Below are positions 47,719 through 58,607 of a stretch of 64,000 nucleotides of DNA, in pieces. The DNA comes from a phage, in sequence record PZ171035.1; one strand, given 5' to 3'. The notes under the pieces are model-generated. The model was not told the origin of the DNA. It worked only from the letters and a program-made list of their open reading frames with translations, and ran no database searches. Both the position numbers and the translations under genes were made by a program. Positions within the stretch are counted from its first letter, which is position 1; each line of letters opens with the position of its first letter.

Positions 47719-48939
47719 TTAAAGACTACCCGGTACTGGGAGTTTAGCGAAATCTTCATCACTCATAGCGAGTGGGTTTACAATAGGCGTTGCTTTACGT
47801 GTAGCAGCCCGATTAAGGGAAGCTGCTTTAGCTTGCTCACTATTAGCCAGAGTCTGCTTAGGTTGTGCTACACGCACTACCGGCTGAACTACTGGTTTAA
47901 CTGCTTGTACCGGTTCTGGCTTAGCCACTCGGTTAAATGCCCCTTGTTGTGCAAGGAGGTTACCGACGTGGTTATATGCCTGAATGAACGGAGTACCTAC
48001 CGGAATCTGGCCTAACATCTGAAGACGGTTCACTTCGTTTGCAATGGTGTCATAAATACCATTCTCACGTTGTTCGTGAATAGTCTGGAGTAGGCCACGA
48101 TTCTGGTAAAGAGCATCTTTACTGGCAGCATCCCATGTCGAGCCGATAACACCTAATGTAGCTTGTCCTTCTTGAGTAGACTTTAAGTCGTCAATTTCGG
48201 TTGCAAAATCTGCTTCGGTGTCGGTAACACGGTGATTGCCACCCTGGTAGTTAATTTCCTCATCTGGGTTAAAGTCCAGAGGATCTGTACCAGAGTCTTT
48301 GAGCAACTTCTTAATGGCTTCAGGATTCTTTTTATCCAGGTCAATCAGGAAAGAAAGTTTGTCCTCATCCATTAAACCGTTGTTCTGTAACATCAGCATT
48401 ACCTTACGGTAAGGCTTTAGTTCTTGCATCTTACGAGTATAGTTAGCACCCATCTGCATCAGGCTAATGGCCTCCTCCGGTGAACGGGGAGTAATCACTT
48501 TGCCGTTAGCTTTAAAAGGAGCCATCAACTTTTCGTAACTTTCCTTATAGTTGAAGTCAGCAGGCAGACCTTCAGACTGTTTGCCTTCTTCTTCCTGTTC
48601 CTGGCCTGGTTCAGTAGTAGAAGGTTCAGCTTTAGTAATCGGCTCGCCGTTACTATCAACTTCTGTGTCAACAACTTTATCATCAACTTTATCAGAAGTT
48701 AAAGGATTTGCTGAATCTTCTTCGTCAGGTTCGGCTTCTGGGGAGGTTTCTTCGGTTGGTAGGTCTTCAACAGCAGGGGTGTTAACTTCTTCATCAGGAG
48801 TCTGTACGCCGTTGGTTTCTGGGTTGTTCTGAGTGGAAGTATCTTCCTCAGCAATAATAGCTGGGGCTTCCATATTCAGAATCTCATCATCCGACATTGC
48901 GAGAATGTCGGAAGCTGTGGTTGCAGCTTCCGTAGTCAT
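47719..48939 (-). CDS. assembly/scaffold-like protein with acidic N-terminal region
   Basis: 406 aa; highly acidic, Glu/Pro/Thr-rich N-terminal third. Confidence 0.4.
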   Translation of the reverse strand: MTTEAATTASDILAMSDDEILNMEAPAIIAEEDTSTQNNPETNGVQTPDEEVNTPAVEDLPTEETSPEAEPDEEDSANPLTSDKVDDKVVDTEVDSNGEPITKAEPSTTEPGQEQEEEGKQSEGLPADFNYKESYEKLMAPFKANGKVITPRSPEEAISLMQMGANYTRKMQELKPYRKVMLMLQNNGLMDEDKLSFLIDLDKKNPEAIKKLLKDSGTDPLDFNPDEEINYQGGNHRVTDTEADFATEIDDLKSTQEGQATLGVIGSTWDAASKDALYQNRGLLQTIHEQRENGIYDTIANEVNRLQMLGQIPVGTPFIQAYNHVGNLLAQQGAFNRVAKPEPVQAVKPVVQPVVRVAQPKQTLANSEQAKAASLNRAATRKATPIVNPLAMSDEDFAKLPVPGSL

Positions 48940-48958
48940 AGGAAATATCTCCGGTTAA

Positions 48959-49303
48959 TTATTCGTCTTCAGGTTCAGCACGAACTGCGTCGAGTTCTTC
49001 TTCCACCTGTAGAATAACGTCAGCTTCGTTTTCGCCCATACGAATAGCGAGATCGAGCCAACGACGTAAGTGACCAGCAGCTTGAGCCATGTTCAATGCA
49101 TCTGCACGGTTATTGGCTTCAAGCAGTGGGTCACCAGACTCCTGCACGTAACGTGCACAATCTTCCGTACAGAACTGGCGAAGGATTACTTTACGGAACA
49201 GTGGATTCTCCAGAAGTTTACGTACATCTTCTGCGTGTGCAACTGCACCTTTAGCAGCTTCCAGTCGATGTTCCAGTCCAGCGATTGTTGATTCTTTACT
49301 CAT
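48959..49303 (-). CDS. hypothetical structural-module protein
   Basis: 114-aa ORF between scaffold-like and portal genes. Confidence 0.4.
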   Translation of the reverse strand: MSKESTIAGLEHRLEAAKGAVAHAEDVRKLLENPLFRKVILRQFCTEDCARYVQESGDPLLEANNRADALNMAQAAGHLRRWLDLAIRMGENEADVILQVEEELDAVRAEPEDE

Positions 49304-49316
49304 GTGAAGGTCTGCC

Positions 49317-51587
49317 TTACAGGTTCATGCCAAGAGCCGATGCTGGGTCTTGGCTAGGGTCATAGTATTGAGAACTGAGTGAATAAGCCGGGTCTTGCTG
49401 AGCAGCTAAATCACGTTCTGGTATAGAGTTCCCGTTAGTCAAAGTATTATATCCAACAGCTGCAGATATGTTGGGGGTAGTTTCCCCTTCTTTAATAGGT
49501 GTTGTCAATGCCTTAGTTATCTGAAGGTTCTGGTTTCCTTGAGATTGTGCTTTTTGTTTTTCCATATCACGAGCATGTTTAGTACCAGATTCCTGTTCCA
49601 GATAATCCAGGTCTTTAAGGTCACCAGCAGAAGCAGCCTCTTTAGCCTTAGCCATATTGAGTGTAATCTTGCTTTGTAACTCTTCATTCTCAAGCTGTGC
49701 TTTCTGAATCGCCAATTGTTTAAGCTGTTCTTCCATAGGGTCCGGTTGTGGTTGCCAAGTACGTAACTCATGAGCCAGGTCAGGCATACGTTTAAGTTCT
49801 GCAATTTTAGCTACGAGAGATAACGTAATAGTCTGGTCAACCGTATTACCAAGTGTTTGAACCATGAAGCTCAAGTCCTGAGACTTCTGGTTATCAATTT
49901 CAGCAGTGTTAATATCAACCTCAATATCGAAGTTACCTTTAAGGTCTTCTCGGTTAATTTCTACATACTGCTCGTTAGTAATACGTACTACTTCCTTCTC
50001 AGATAAGAACACAGCATTCATTGCACAAATCTTAGTACCAATGTCTGCCATGCCTTTAGCTAATCGACGAAGGATTGCCATCTCACGTTTGGATGCTGCA
50101 TCAAGTGCACCACGAATACCAGCAGCCACATCTCCATAAGCTGAACCAGTTACACCACCTGAGAATGCTTTAACACCAGTTAGTGATTCTGCTTCCTGGT
50201 TTTGCATCTGGGTCATTACTATTGCCGACTGAGGTAATTCAGGGAACTTATGTTCCATAATGGCCTGACTAGGATTGCCCTGCATTGGGTTGTATTCATA
50301 GTCCTGCCCATCATCGTATCGACGACGGTTCAGTGTATCCAGCATTCCTTTAGGATAACCACGTTGACCATTTGCACTTCGACCCAACAGGTCAATCATC
50401 CCACGCATAGTTGCACCAAGAATTGCTTGGTTATCCCCTAACAGTTCAGCATCAGCTTCACCAAAGAGTTCACGTTTACGTGGCATGTAAGGAACAACTA
50501 CCAAAGGCAACTTACCATCCGGGAATGGGTTCTTCTCCATACGAATAAGGGTAGAACCAATCCAGGTAGCAACAATTGGTTCCAGAGAACCATCATCATT
50601 GATGTCGTAAAATCCCCAGTATTCATAGGCAACAACTTTCTTACGAAGTGCATCCTTAAACTGGAAGTCACTTGGAGTTTTACTTTCATGGTCTGGGTCA
50701 GTCATAGGACTGGAACTTTCCCAGTCAATCTTATCTAAATTGTGATAACGGTCCTTGTTCTTCATGAGGTCTGCTTTACATGTCTCAAAGGAGATAACTG
50801 CATACAGAGCCTTATCCAAATCACCATTACAACTTGGGTCAATGACTACGTTATTAGGGTTAAGCATTTCAACAGTAGGTCTGTTAACCAGTGCTTTCTC
50901 TACTTCTACTTCTGTAACTCCAGTCTGGATTGCATAGGTAGCTTCTCCAGTTTCATTGAAGTAGTTAACAGCTTCCTTAATATCTTCCGGCATTGTTTCA
51001 TCGTACTCACGAGGATTCTCTGCCTGAAGCTGTAAAGCTTGTTGGAGAACATCTGCCTGTTCCTGGTTCTCAATTGGATACAACTGGAAGACTGGTGTTT
51101 CTGTTTTAATCTTAACAGTCTTACGTTCCCAACCAATACGAGCGATACCAGTACCGTCATCTACGACACTGTGTACGTAATCATCTATCAGTTTCACTTT
51201 ATTAAGCTGGGTACGGAATTGGTAGTTAAGAACTAATTCATTCTGACGTGCAGCTAACTCATCTTCATAAGTAACAGGAGTTACTTTAAAGAGCTTATTA
51301 GACGATAGGAATGGTTCAGACAATGGAGCATATCGCCACTCTGCCTGACGGCGAACCAGTCTGGGTTGGACTTGTGAACGTCCCTTAACCTTTGGGGGTT
51401 TAGCCTTACCTTTGACTTCCATCAGGTCATTCCACTCACGAATCTGAGCCATGATTGCATCATGAGCAGGTTTAGCTGATTCCAAATCACCTTTCAGTAA
51501 TTGGATACTTGGTTCCTTCTTCCAGTCCGTTAATTTCTCTGATTGAGCCGGGTCTGGTAAAGGCTTAAAAGTGTCTTGGTGTTCCAT
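49317..51587 (-). CDS. portal protein
   Basis: 756 aa (N4 portal ~763 aa); synteny. Confidence 0.6.
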   Translation of the reverse strand: MEHQDTFKPLPDPAQSEKLTDWKKEPSIQLLKGDLESAKPAHDAIMAQIREWNDLMEVKGKAKPPKVKGRSQVQPRLVRRQAEWRYAPLSEPFLSSNKLFKVTPVTYEDELAARQNELVLNYQFRTQLNKVKLIDDYVHSVVDDGTGIARIGWERKTVKIKTETPVFQLYPIENQEQADVLQQALQLQAENPREYDETMPEDIKEAVNYFNETGEATYAIQTGVTEVEVEKALVNRPTVEMLNPNNVVIDPSCNGDLDKALYAVISFETCKADLMKNKDRYHNLDKIDWESSSPMTDPDHESKTPSDFQFKDALRKKVVAYEYWGFYDINDDGSLEPIVATWIGSTLIRMEKNPFPDGKLPLVVVPYMPRKRELFGEADAELLGDNQAILGATMRGMIDLLGRSANGQRGYPKGMLDTLNRRRYDDGQDYEYNPMQGNPSQAIMEHKFPELPQSAIVMTQMQNQEAESLTGVKAFSGGVTGSAYGDVAAGIRGALDAASKREMAILRRLAKGMADIGTKICAMNAVFLSEKEVVRITNEQYVEINREDLKGNFDIEVDINTAEIDNQKSQDLSFMVQTLGNTVDQTITLSLVAKIAELKRMPDLAHELRTWQPQPDPMEEQLKQLAIQKAQLENEELQSKITLNMAKAKEAASAGDLKDLDYLEQESGTKHARDMEKQKAQSQGNQNLQITKALTTPIKEGETTPNISAAVGYNTLTNGNSIPERDLAAQQDPAYSLSSQYYDPSQDPASALGMNL

Positions 51588-51589
51588 AG

Positions 51590-52096
51590 TTATTCCTGTT
51601 CAAAAAGTTTACGGTCAGCCTGAATCTGTTTACCCAACTCAATTAGTTGGCTGTCACGGAGTCTAACAGTTGCCCGGAGTTCTTCAACCAAACGTCTGCC
51701 TTCTTCAAGACTGTTGTCGAGTCTGGCTGCATGGCTTGCAAGACTTCTGCACTCAAAGGTTCCGGCTTCGGCTTGACGTTTATATACCGATGCTCGTCTT
51801 TCAGACTGTTGCATCCGGCTGTCGTAATCACTGCTAACGCGAGCAAGCTCGCTTGCGTAATTACTCTCAGCCGTCTGCAACCGGGAAGTGAGTAACCCGA
51901 CTTCATAACTATGGTTTCTTTGGAGAGCATTGTATTTGTCCTGTAATTTTTGTGTTGCCTTTTGGTCTTCAATCTTTTGGTCATCCCATTTCTTTTGAAC
52001 AGTAGACTGTCCATTGGAGTTACCCCAAAAGTAAATGGTGGCCCCGAGGACCACCACCAGAAGATAAGGCCAACCCTTAGAGATTAGCATCTTCAT
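51590..52096 (-). CDS. i-spanin (Rz-like)
   Basis: N-terminal [18 protein letters not shown] followed by a long coiled-coil-like region; overlaps endolysin 3' end. Confidence 0.5.
   Translation of the reverse strand: MKMLISKGWPYLLVVVLGATIYFWGNSNGQSTVQKKWDDQKIEDQKATQKLQDKYNALQRNHSYEVGLLTSRLQTAESNYASELARVSSDYDSRMQQSERRASVYKRQAEAGTFECRSLASHAARLDNSLEEGRRLVEELRATVRLRDSQLIELGKQIQADRKLFEQE
51643..51906 (-). CDS. o-spanin (Rz1-like lipoprotein) embedded in the i-spanin gene in another frame
   Basis: [32 protein letters not shown] lipoprotein signal; short Pro-rich mature region CNSLK...PKPEP. Confidence 0.45.
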   Translation of the reverse strand: MKSGYSLPGCRRLRVITQASLLALAVITTAGCNSLKDEHRYINVKPKPEPLSAEVLQAMQPDSTTVLKKADVWLKNSGQLLDSVTAN

Positions 52097-52697
52097 TACA
52101 TGCCTCCAGTGGCACATTGCCTATTCGGTTAGCTACCCAACCATACGTAAAGTCTGGCATGTTTAATGAGGTGTAGTGGTTCAGTTGTTTGGCATCAAGT
52201 AGCTTAATCATTACCTGACATGCTGCAACTTTGCCTCGTTTTTTCTGTAATGCTTTATATGCATTAACAGTACTTACACCGACTTTACCATCAACCTGTA
52301 TTTTAGGGTAGTCTTTGCCATTGCGAGACATCTGCAACCACTTAGCCGGGCGAGTTACACCAGTGTTAACACCAGCGTCAACCAGCTTATGTGTTACAGC
52401 AGGAGATATATCAGCGAAGGCTACGAAGTTAGGCTTAAGAACGTAGTCATCAATGTATATCTCAGCAGCCATCTCTTTGGATAAACCTTTCATAGAACCA
52501 TCCCAACCATACTCAGTAGCCAAAACTTCTTTATGAGATTTAGCTACCGATTGGGTAATACCATGATTGGTTTCGCCACCTGGGTCACGGGGATTGTTTA
52601 CATAACCCCCTTCCATATAGAACACTGCCCCCAGGATAGCAGCGATAACCCCTCCCACTGCACCACCTTTCGCAGCAAGTTTCTGTTTAGCTTTCAT
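52077..52697 (-). CDS. N-acetylmuramidase endolysin (GH108 plus peptidoglycan-binding domain), SAR-type N-terminus
   Basis: MEGGYVNNPRDPGGETNHGIT (GH108 signature); N-terminal Gly/Ala-rich weakly hydrophobic segment; 206 aa. Confidence 0.7.
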   Translation of the reverse strand: MKAKQKLAAKGGAVGGVIAAILGAVFYMEGGYVNNPRDPGGETNHGITQSVAKSHKEVLATEYGWDGSMKGLSKEMAAEIYIDDYVLKPNFVAFADISPAVTHKLVDAGVNTGVTRPAKWLQMSRNGKDYPKIQVDGKVGVSTVNAYKALQKKRGKVAACQVMIKLLDAKQLNHYTSLNMPDFTYGWVANRIGNVPLEACNEDANL

Positions 52698-52947
52698 GTG
52701 AATCTTCCTTTGGTCGGAATCGTACCAATCTGCCTACGATGTTTAAGGCAAACAGTGCAATTGCAATATTGGAACCATGGGGAATATCTTCCAGGATGTG
52801 ACGGGGTAATCCTGTCAGCATTGGTTGGATAATATCTATAGCAGAAAACAAAATTAAACCTAATGTACTAATCTGAACGGATGCCCACTTCCAGCATCTT
52901 TTCCAGTTAGGTACTAACTCTACTTTTCTTTTTAGCCTGCGAACCAT
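52687..52947 (-). CDS. holin-like membrane protein
   Basis: Two hydrophobic segments (ISTLGLILFSAIDII, IAIALFALNIVGRLV); start uncertain (ORF track extends to 53013). Confidence 0.4.
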   Translation of the reverse strand: MVRRLKRKVELVPNWKRCWKWASVQISTLGLILFSAIDIIQPMLTGLPRHILEDIPHGSNIAIALFALNIVGRLVRFRPKEDSHES

Positions 52948-53261
52948 GCGAATATCTCCCGTCTTGCAGCAGCTAATACACCAATAATTGCACCTGTCCC
53001 AGCCCACACCCACTTACCGAAAATTCCAGCACCAACAACTTTATGCTTAATGGTGATGAACTCTTCAATAGTAGGTTCATTCTTAGCTAAGCTATCCTCC
53101 ACATTTTTTAGTCTATTACCTATGTCATTGATTGAATCCCGTAGTTCTGACAGAGTCTCCTCCAGTTTCTCACGGTCTTGTCTGTCTCTTGTCTGGTTCT
53201 CAAACAGAGTCTTCAATCGTTCCTCCAGTCTGACTAGGAGCAGTTCACCCGATTCATTCAT
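52932..53261 (-). CDS. lysis-cassette membrane protein (coiled coil plus C-terminal TM)
   Basis: 109 aa; C-terminal GAGIFGKWVWAGTGAIIGVLAA. Confidence 0.35.
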   Translation of the reverse strand: MNESGELLLVRLEERLKTLFENQTRDRQDREKLEETLSELRDSINDIGNRLKNVEDSLAKNEPTIEEFITIKHKVVGAGIFGKWVWAGTGAIIGVLAAARREIFAWFAG

Positions 53262-53469
53262 AATATTACCGTAGTTGTGTAGTTAGAATCCCCAATAGGG
53301 TCATATCATAAGATGACTCTTAGATAATACTTAGTAAGATGAGGTACATCCAGACATAGTGTCTGATATCAGCTCATGGTGGGTGGTATTCAGTTGGGTA
53401 TGTTTAATATATCCGAGTAAGTAATTACCCTAACAGCAGTATCAATTAGGGTAATGCAAACAGTAAACT

Positions 53470-53497
53470 CTATATAAGAAAAGGCCCGTTCGGGCCT
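53470..53497 (-). terminator. rho-independent terminator after tailspike 1
   Basis: AGGCCCG/CGGGCCT hairpin followed on the – strand by TTTTCTTATATA. Confidence 0.55.
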
Positions 53498-53502
53498 TTG
53501 TT

Positions 53503-55413
53503 TTAGTTAGAAATCTGATACGGAATGGTAACCCGCACACCAAACGTTGCTGCCTGGCTCCATGTGTTCGTCAAATGGACTCGCAGTTTATTGCTTGATA
53601 TTTGTTCTAATTGTATCTGGCATTGAGCTGTAGCAGCACTTCTTGTTGTAACAAAGGCCAGTGCTTCTGATATTTTTACAGGGTCAGTATACGTTATATC
53701 TTGGTAGGTATTCACACCAGCTACTACCGATGAAAACGTCAATGTATCGTTTTTAACGTTATTAAACGCCACAGACCGCTTACCCGGAACCACCATAAAC
53801 CCGGATGCCACGGTAGACGTTATTTCAGTGTTATTTGGAGTCAGAAAAGGGCAGCTCAATACACCGGAACCAGCAGTAGTATTATAATGAGTATCTATGA
53901 TCGAAATCGTAGTTATACGAAGAACAGATAATGGAACTTGATGTGATAACCAGTCAGACTCCATCAGCTTCGCTTTGAACTCAAGGTGATTAACAGCCCA
54001 CGCATCAATGGCGATGACGACGTTTTCTAAACCTTTCAGGTATATAGTACATGACGAATCGAAAAGTAAAGACCAGGCTGTTCCGGATACGATACGAGCG
54101 TAAGCGTACTTATTGTAATACGGATCACTTGGGGTTGCAGCATTTCCGCGTGGAGTTAAACCGTCGTATATTGACTGCGTATCAAAGTTCTCAAAGTAAC
54201 ACCCGTGGAACCCAAAGTTCTGATACCGCATATATGCAGCAGTATCTGAACCTACAATATAGTTCGTGAAGTTCTCGAAAGCGCAACCAAAGAAATTAAT
54301 TGGCCCATTACCAGCAGAGCCAGTCATCGGGAAAAATCTATTAAACGCTGCGGCACGACAACCAAAGAAGGAGGCGTTATAAGCTTGGTCAATTCCAACA
54401 CAATCTTTACATGCCAGCCATTCCGTCTGATGGAATTTACTATAAAAACCTCCTGCGACAGAAAATGGTAGGGCCAACCCCATAAATGTTACAAACGACG
54501 TCTGGATTGAACCGCCTGCACTGTATAACCCTTTTTGGGTTCCTATAACCCCCATAGAATAGGCTGGGATGCCTTTTACCAGTACATCCTTAAGGACAAT
54601 ATCCGCCTGTGTGCAAGAGATAGCATAATCATCGGCAACGTTACAGTATAATTGACTATGCGTGCTGGTGGGCACTTTGTTTGTCATGATTCCGGAATAA
54701 CCACGTATCTCTAACCGACGCCCTGTGAATGTGACTTGATTGTCAAGGCGCACAATACTTCCTGGTGGTATGGTTATGATAACGTGGGTAGCATCCGAGT
54801 TTAGTATTTGCTGGATGGCGGCGGAATCGTCTGCCACCCCGTCGCAAACTGCCCCGTACATTTGCGGGGTAACGGTAAAAATTCCATCCTGAACCGTTCC
54901 GCCCTGCGAAATACTAACCATAGACGCACCGGTGGAGGAAGCCAATTCATCTCTCAAATTGGGGTCGGTCTGTGGCTTCCAGTCCACATTACCAACAGGG
55001 TTGATTCCTGAGGTAATTGTTACAGGTAAAGAACCTAAGTAGGTGTAACCTATGCCATTATGGAACAATAACTCATTTCGTGTATTCACTACCAAACCAG
55101 TAGCAAACGAGTCGGATAGGCTCACGAACTCTCTACGTGTAGCAGCCAGTTCACCCAAATCAATTGTGCCTGCTGAATGATCCAGGACTGCATGTTCATT
55201 GAGGCTTACAGCAGTAGTTCCTGCCGGAAGTACAGGTAATGAGTAAGCACGCTGGGTAGATTTATCATAGATTACTTTGTAACCACCTAAGTCTACACCT
55301 ACAGAAAAGTAGACCACCTCATTCTGCTTAACACCAAACTTACGGGCAATTGCTTGCTTGTTGGTAAGAATACCAGTAGAGCCTTTACCACCTTGTGAGA
55401 ATAACTCGTTCAT
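53503..55413 (-). CDS. tailspike / depolymerase 1 (pectate-lyase-like beta-helix)
   Basis: 636 aa; MYGAVCDGVADDSAAIQQIL (pectate-lyase-type start); N-terminal attachment motif shared with the 1046-aa protein. Confidence 0.55.
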   Translation of the reverse strand: MNELFSQGGKGSTGILTNKQAIARKFGVKQNEVVYFSVGVDLGGYKVIYDKSTQRAYSLPVLPAGTTAVSLNEHAVLDHSAGTIDLGELAATRREFVSLSDSFATGLVVNTRNELLFHNGIGYTYLGSLPVTITSGINPVGNVDWKPQTDPNLRDELASSTGASMVSISQGGTVQDGIFTVTPQMYGAVCDGVADDSAAIQQILNSDATHVIITIPPGSIVRLDNQVTFTGRRLEIRGYSGIMTNKVPTSTHSQLYCNVADDYAISCTQADIVLKDVLVKGIPAYSMGVIGTQKGLYSAGGSIQTSFVTFMGLALPFSVAGGFYSKFHQTEWLACKDCVGIDQAYNASFFGCRAAAFNRFFPMTGSAGNGPINFFGCAFENFTNYIVGSDTAAYMRYQNFGFHGCYFENFDTQSIYDGLTPRGNAATPSDPYYNKYAYARIVSGTAWSLLFDSSCTIYLKGLENVVIAIDAWAVNHLEFKAKLMESDWLSHQVPLSVLRITTISIIDTHYNTTAGSGVLSCPFLTPNNTEITSTVASGFMVVPGKRSVAFNNVKNDTLTFSSVVAGVNTYQDITYTDPVKISEALAFVTTRSAATAQCQIQLEQISSNKLRVHLTNTWSQAATFGVRVTIPYQISN

Positions 55414-55433
55414 AAATACCTCTTTGTTTTTCT

Positions 55434-55457
55434 AGTAAAAACCCCTCCGGAGAGGGG
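55434..55457 (-). terminator. rho-independent terminator between the two tailspike genes
   Basis: CCCCTC-CGGA-GAGGGG followed on the – strand by TTTTACTAG. Confidence 0.5.
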
Positions 55458-55466
55458 AATATTTAA

Positions 55467-58400
55467 TTAGCTTGCAATATACACGCCTGCATTAGTATAT
55501 CCACTCAGTACTCTTGTTTTGAAAGTTGTATCAACAGTACTCGATGCAGGAGTAGTTCCAAGAACACAGGATTGAATTCGACCGACAACCTGAACACCGG
55601 AACCAAAGTCAGTACCCATAGTAGTATCAGGGGAAGCGATAGGTTTATCAGAATGCGAGTCCCAACGAAAAACACATCCAACAAAGTCAAACAAACCAGA
55701 TCGGTATGTAGCCCCTGATCCTCCCACACCAAATAACTCACAAGATGTGAATGTTATTTTATTGTACGAGGTGTTACCTGTACGTGTAACAGCATTATCA
55801 AAAAAACCCTTGTTCATACGTTGGTTACTAACAGCAATAGTCATATCAGTCCAAGCAGAAGTACATGGAATTACATGAGCACTGCGTTCAATATGAATTT
55901 CCTGTTTAGTACCATACGAAGTAAACTTGAATCCATCCACACGAGCAGCATTCAACGAATCCTGGTTAATACGTCCAAGACGTTCCAGCTCAATATTACT
56001 GACCTTCACAATATACCGGGAACCTGAACGGTTAATTGCGTTCATTTGAGCAGAAGTAATGCTGGTATAGTTGCGTTCGTTGTAGACAACACGATAATTA
56101 GTATTACCTAAATAGCGATTACTACCACCACCAAAAGTGACACCATCTACGGTATGGAACTGAGGAAGAACCTGATACTGCTCAAAATTACTTCCCCCAG
56201 ACACACCAAGGTTAATGGTGCGAATGTCCATGTTGGGATTGGTATTCGCAATATCGTACTCTACATTGTTTATAAAGATGTCCGGGCAATATCCCAGCAT
56301 TGCATGGTCTGCCTTAGGCTCCATGGCAGTAACAACACTGTGACCAGTACAACCAGAGTGTAGAGTTACCTTAAGGTTTTTAACAATAACCTTACCATCC
56401 CAGGAGTTATTATAATCATACTTAGTAGACCAGAAATCTTCCGATGCCTTATCTAAACTAAGGTTATGATGACAATCCAGGGCAGTCCATGTTCCCCAGC
56501 CCATACCATTACAATGGTTGGTTATAGTGCATCCTTGGATAAATACATCAGATACACCGCAGTGACCACCAACACTACGCAGTTTACTATCGCGTACGGT
56601 AAGCCCACGATAATAATTACCATCTATACCGGACCAACCAGACAGTGAGTTTATGCGTTCAGCTGTTACACTAGAGGCTTGGGTAAGCATTACGGTATAG
56701 CCTCCCCCATACGTTTCAGGGAAGTTTGCATCCAAACTATAATCAGTAATATAAGACCGAGCACAACGGTTAAATTCAATAAAGCTCATAGCAAAGCCAT
56801 TATTCTTAGAAGCAACATTATTACCAAGAATATTAACGTTATTGCGTTCGCAGAATATAACCCAACCAATACCAGCACCATCCAGGATAATGTTTGGAGC
56901 TTTAAATGTAAGTTCTTTAACAAATGGTTTGTAACTTACAGTTGGTGCAGAAGTAAAAGAATGGTAATGATTATAGCTTAATGCCCCTTTCTGGTCAGTC
57001 TCGTTAACCTCAATTTTGTATTGAGGTGAACCTGCTGCTGACGCATTTGCCTTACGCTGCAACCAAACATCTGTGGATTCAAAAGAAAGCCACCCGGATA
57101 GCCCAGTTACATCTATAGATTTTTTACCACGAGAAAAAGTTTCAGATGCAAACTGTGCGGTTACATCCCGAGATTCCTGAGGAATACGGAAAAGAATACT
57201 GGTATTGTTCCAGTTCTCACTATTGCCATCATTGGTAGTACAGATAATGGTTGCTGCACTAAAGTCAGCAGGTACTTCTATATCAATAGGGTCAGTAGGA
57301 TGAGCATCCAGTACATAAGTACCAGAGGCGCTAACGGAAAGTCCTTTGGCCTTAGCCTCTGCAAGCATAGCCTTAAAAACTGCTGTGTGGTTGGTTTCTG
57401 TACCATTACTAAACATTTCAGGGGTAAGAATAACACCCTTATTATTTAATAATTCATCGACTGAACCAGGTAACGGAACCAGGTCTACGGTGATGCTACC
57501 CGGATTGTAAGTAAGTTTCCCATTGGATACCGAACCAATGTAAATGTTGGTTGGTAATGGTGGCAAACCATAAGCCTTCTGGGCAGCTACGTCATAAATA
57601 ATCTTCTTGTCATTAAGGTACTGGGTAGTGTTAGTACTCAGAATGACGTCAGTATCTTTGACATTAGACGAGCGTGCCACTTCCTGAATGGTTCGGTCTG
57701 ACATAATTAATGTCTCAGACTCGCCACCAATAGTAATAATAAGACGATCATTGGTTGCCAATGGCTCGGTCAACATAATACGTTGGTTATCAGCATCAAC
57801 GGTATAAGAGTTTTCTGACAGACCAGCATAGTAACGAGCACCATTCTTATAAATAGCAGGTATAGACTGGAAGGTATAAGGAATCTGAATTACCTGTTCG
57901 CCCCCGGAAGCATAACCACCATTGTATAACCAGTTAATCTGAACCCAGTCATTAACATTAGGATTATCAGGTACAGCAGGAGTTCCAGTTAAAAGGATTA
58001 TTACTTCATCACCTTCCTCAAGAGGTTGAGCCAGGGTTACTGACAGACTATCCACGTTAAACTCAAAACCACGCCCTACATACTGCATATTGCCGTTAAT
58101 GACGATAAAAGGTACACCTACTGTTCCATCCGGTACGTTAATGGAAGTTTCACCACCAGTAGCAGAACCGTTTGCGTATACCCAAGGAATATAAGCACCC
58201 CCACCAGAGGAAGTATCACCACTATTGGAACCAGATGTAGCAACAGTGATCCATGAACCAGTTGCAGTAGTATCGTTAGGTATAATGCCGGTACGGTCAT
58301 CTTCTACATAAAGATAGTCAGTTACCTGACGGTCACTCGCACGGGAGAACCCGTAGATACGAGCATACTTAGCATTAGTAGTGAGGGCTTTAAGTTCTGT

Positions 58401-58607
58401 CTCAGACTGTACACCAATAACCATTCCATACTGATTCAGAAGATCATACAGAAGTTTAAGGTTACCCAAGTTACAGTAAACAGTACGAACCACATGGTAA
58501 GCATTACCAAGCAGTGCATCTACCATTGGATCATTAGAACTGTTCTGACAGTAAGGATTGGACCAATCCTGACTTGCATCAAAGGGGGTATGTGCGTTCA
58601 TCGCCAT
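55467..58607 (-). CDS. tailspike / receptor-binding protein 2 (virion-anchored, beta-helix)
   Basis: 1046 aa; internal KIIYDVAAQKAYGLPPLP motif shared with tailspike 1; repeated Asn/Gly-rich beta-strand pattern. Confidence 0.55.
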   Translation of the reverse strand: MAMNAHTPFDASQDWSNPYCQNSSNDPMVDALLGNAYHVVRTVYCNLGNLKLLYDLLNQYGMVIGVQSETELKALTTNAKYARIYGFSRASDRQVTDYLYVEDDRTGIIPNDTTATGSWITVATSGSNSGDTSSGGGAYIPWVYANGSATGGETSINVPDGTVGVPFIVINGNMQYVGRGFEFNVDSLSVTLAQPLEEGDEVIILLTGTPAVPDNPNVNDWVQINWLYNGGYASGGEQVIQIPYTFQSIPAIYKNGARYYAGLSENSYTVDADNQRIMLTEPLATNDRLIITIGGESETLIMSDRTIQEVARSSNVKDTDVILSTNTTQYLNDKKIIYDVAAQKAYGLPPLPTNIYIGSVSNGKLTYNPGSITVDLVPLPGSVDELLNNKGVILTPEMFSNGTETNHTAVFKAMLAEAKAKGLSVSASGTYVLDAHPTDPIDIEVPADFSAATIICTTNDGNSENWNNTSILFRIPQESRDVTAQFASETFSRGKKSIDVTGLSGWLSFESTDVWLQRKANASAAGSPQYKIEVNETDQKGALSYNHYHSFTSAPTVSYKPFVKELTFKAPNIILDGAGIGWVIFCERNNVNILGNNVASKNNGFAMSFIEFNRCARSYITDYSLDANFPETYGGGYTVMLTQASSVTAERINSLSGWSGIDGNYYRGLTVRDSKLRSVGGHCGVSDVFIQGCTITNHCNGMGWGTWTALDCHHNLSLDKASEDFWSTKYDYNNSWDGKVIVKNLKVTLHSGCTGHSVVTAMEPKADHAMLGYCPDIFINNVEYDIANTNPNMDIRTINLGVSGGSNFEQYQVLPQFHTVDGVTFGGGSNRYLGNTNYRVVYNERNYTSITSAQMNAINRSGSRYIVKVSNIELERLGRINQDSLNAARVDGFKFTSYGTKQEIHIERSAHVIPCTSAWTDMTIAVSNQRMNKGFFDNAVTRTGNTSYNKITFTSCELFGVGGSGATYRSGLFDFVGCVFRWDSHSDKPIASPDTTMGTDFGSGVQVVGRIQSCVLGTTPASSTVDTTFKTRVLSGYTNAGVYIAS

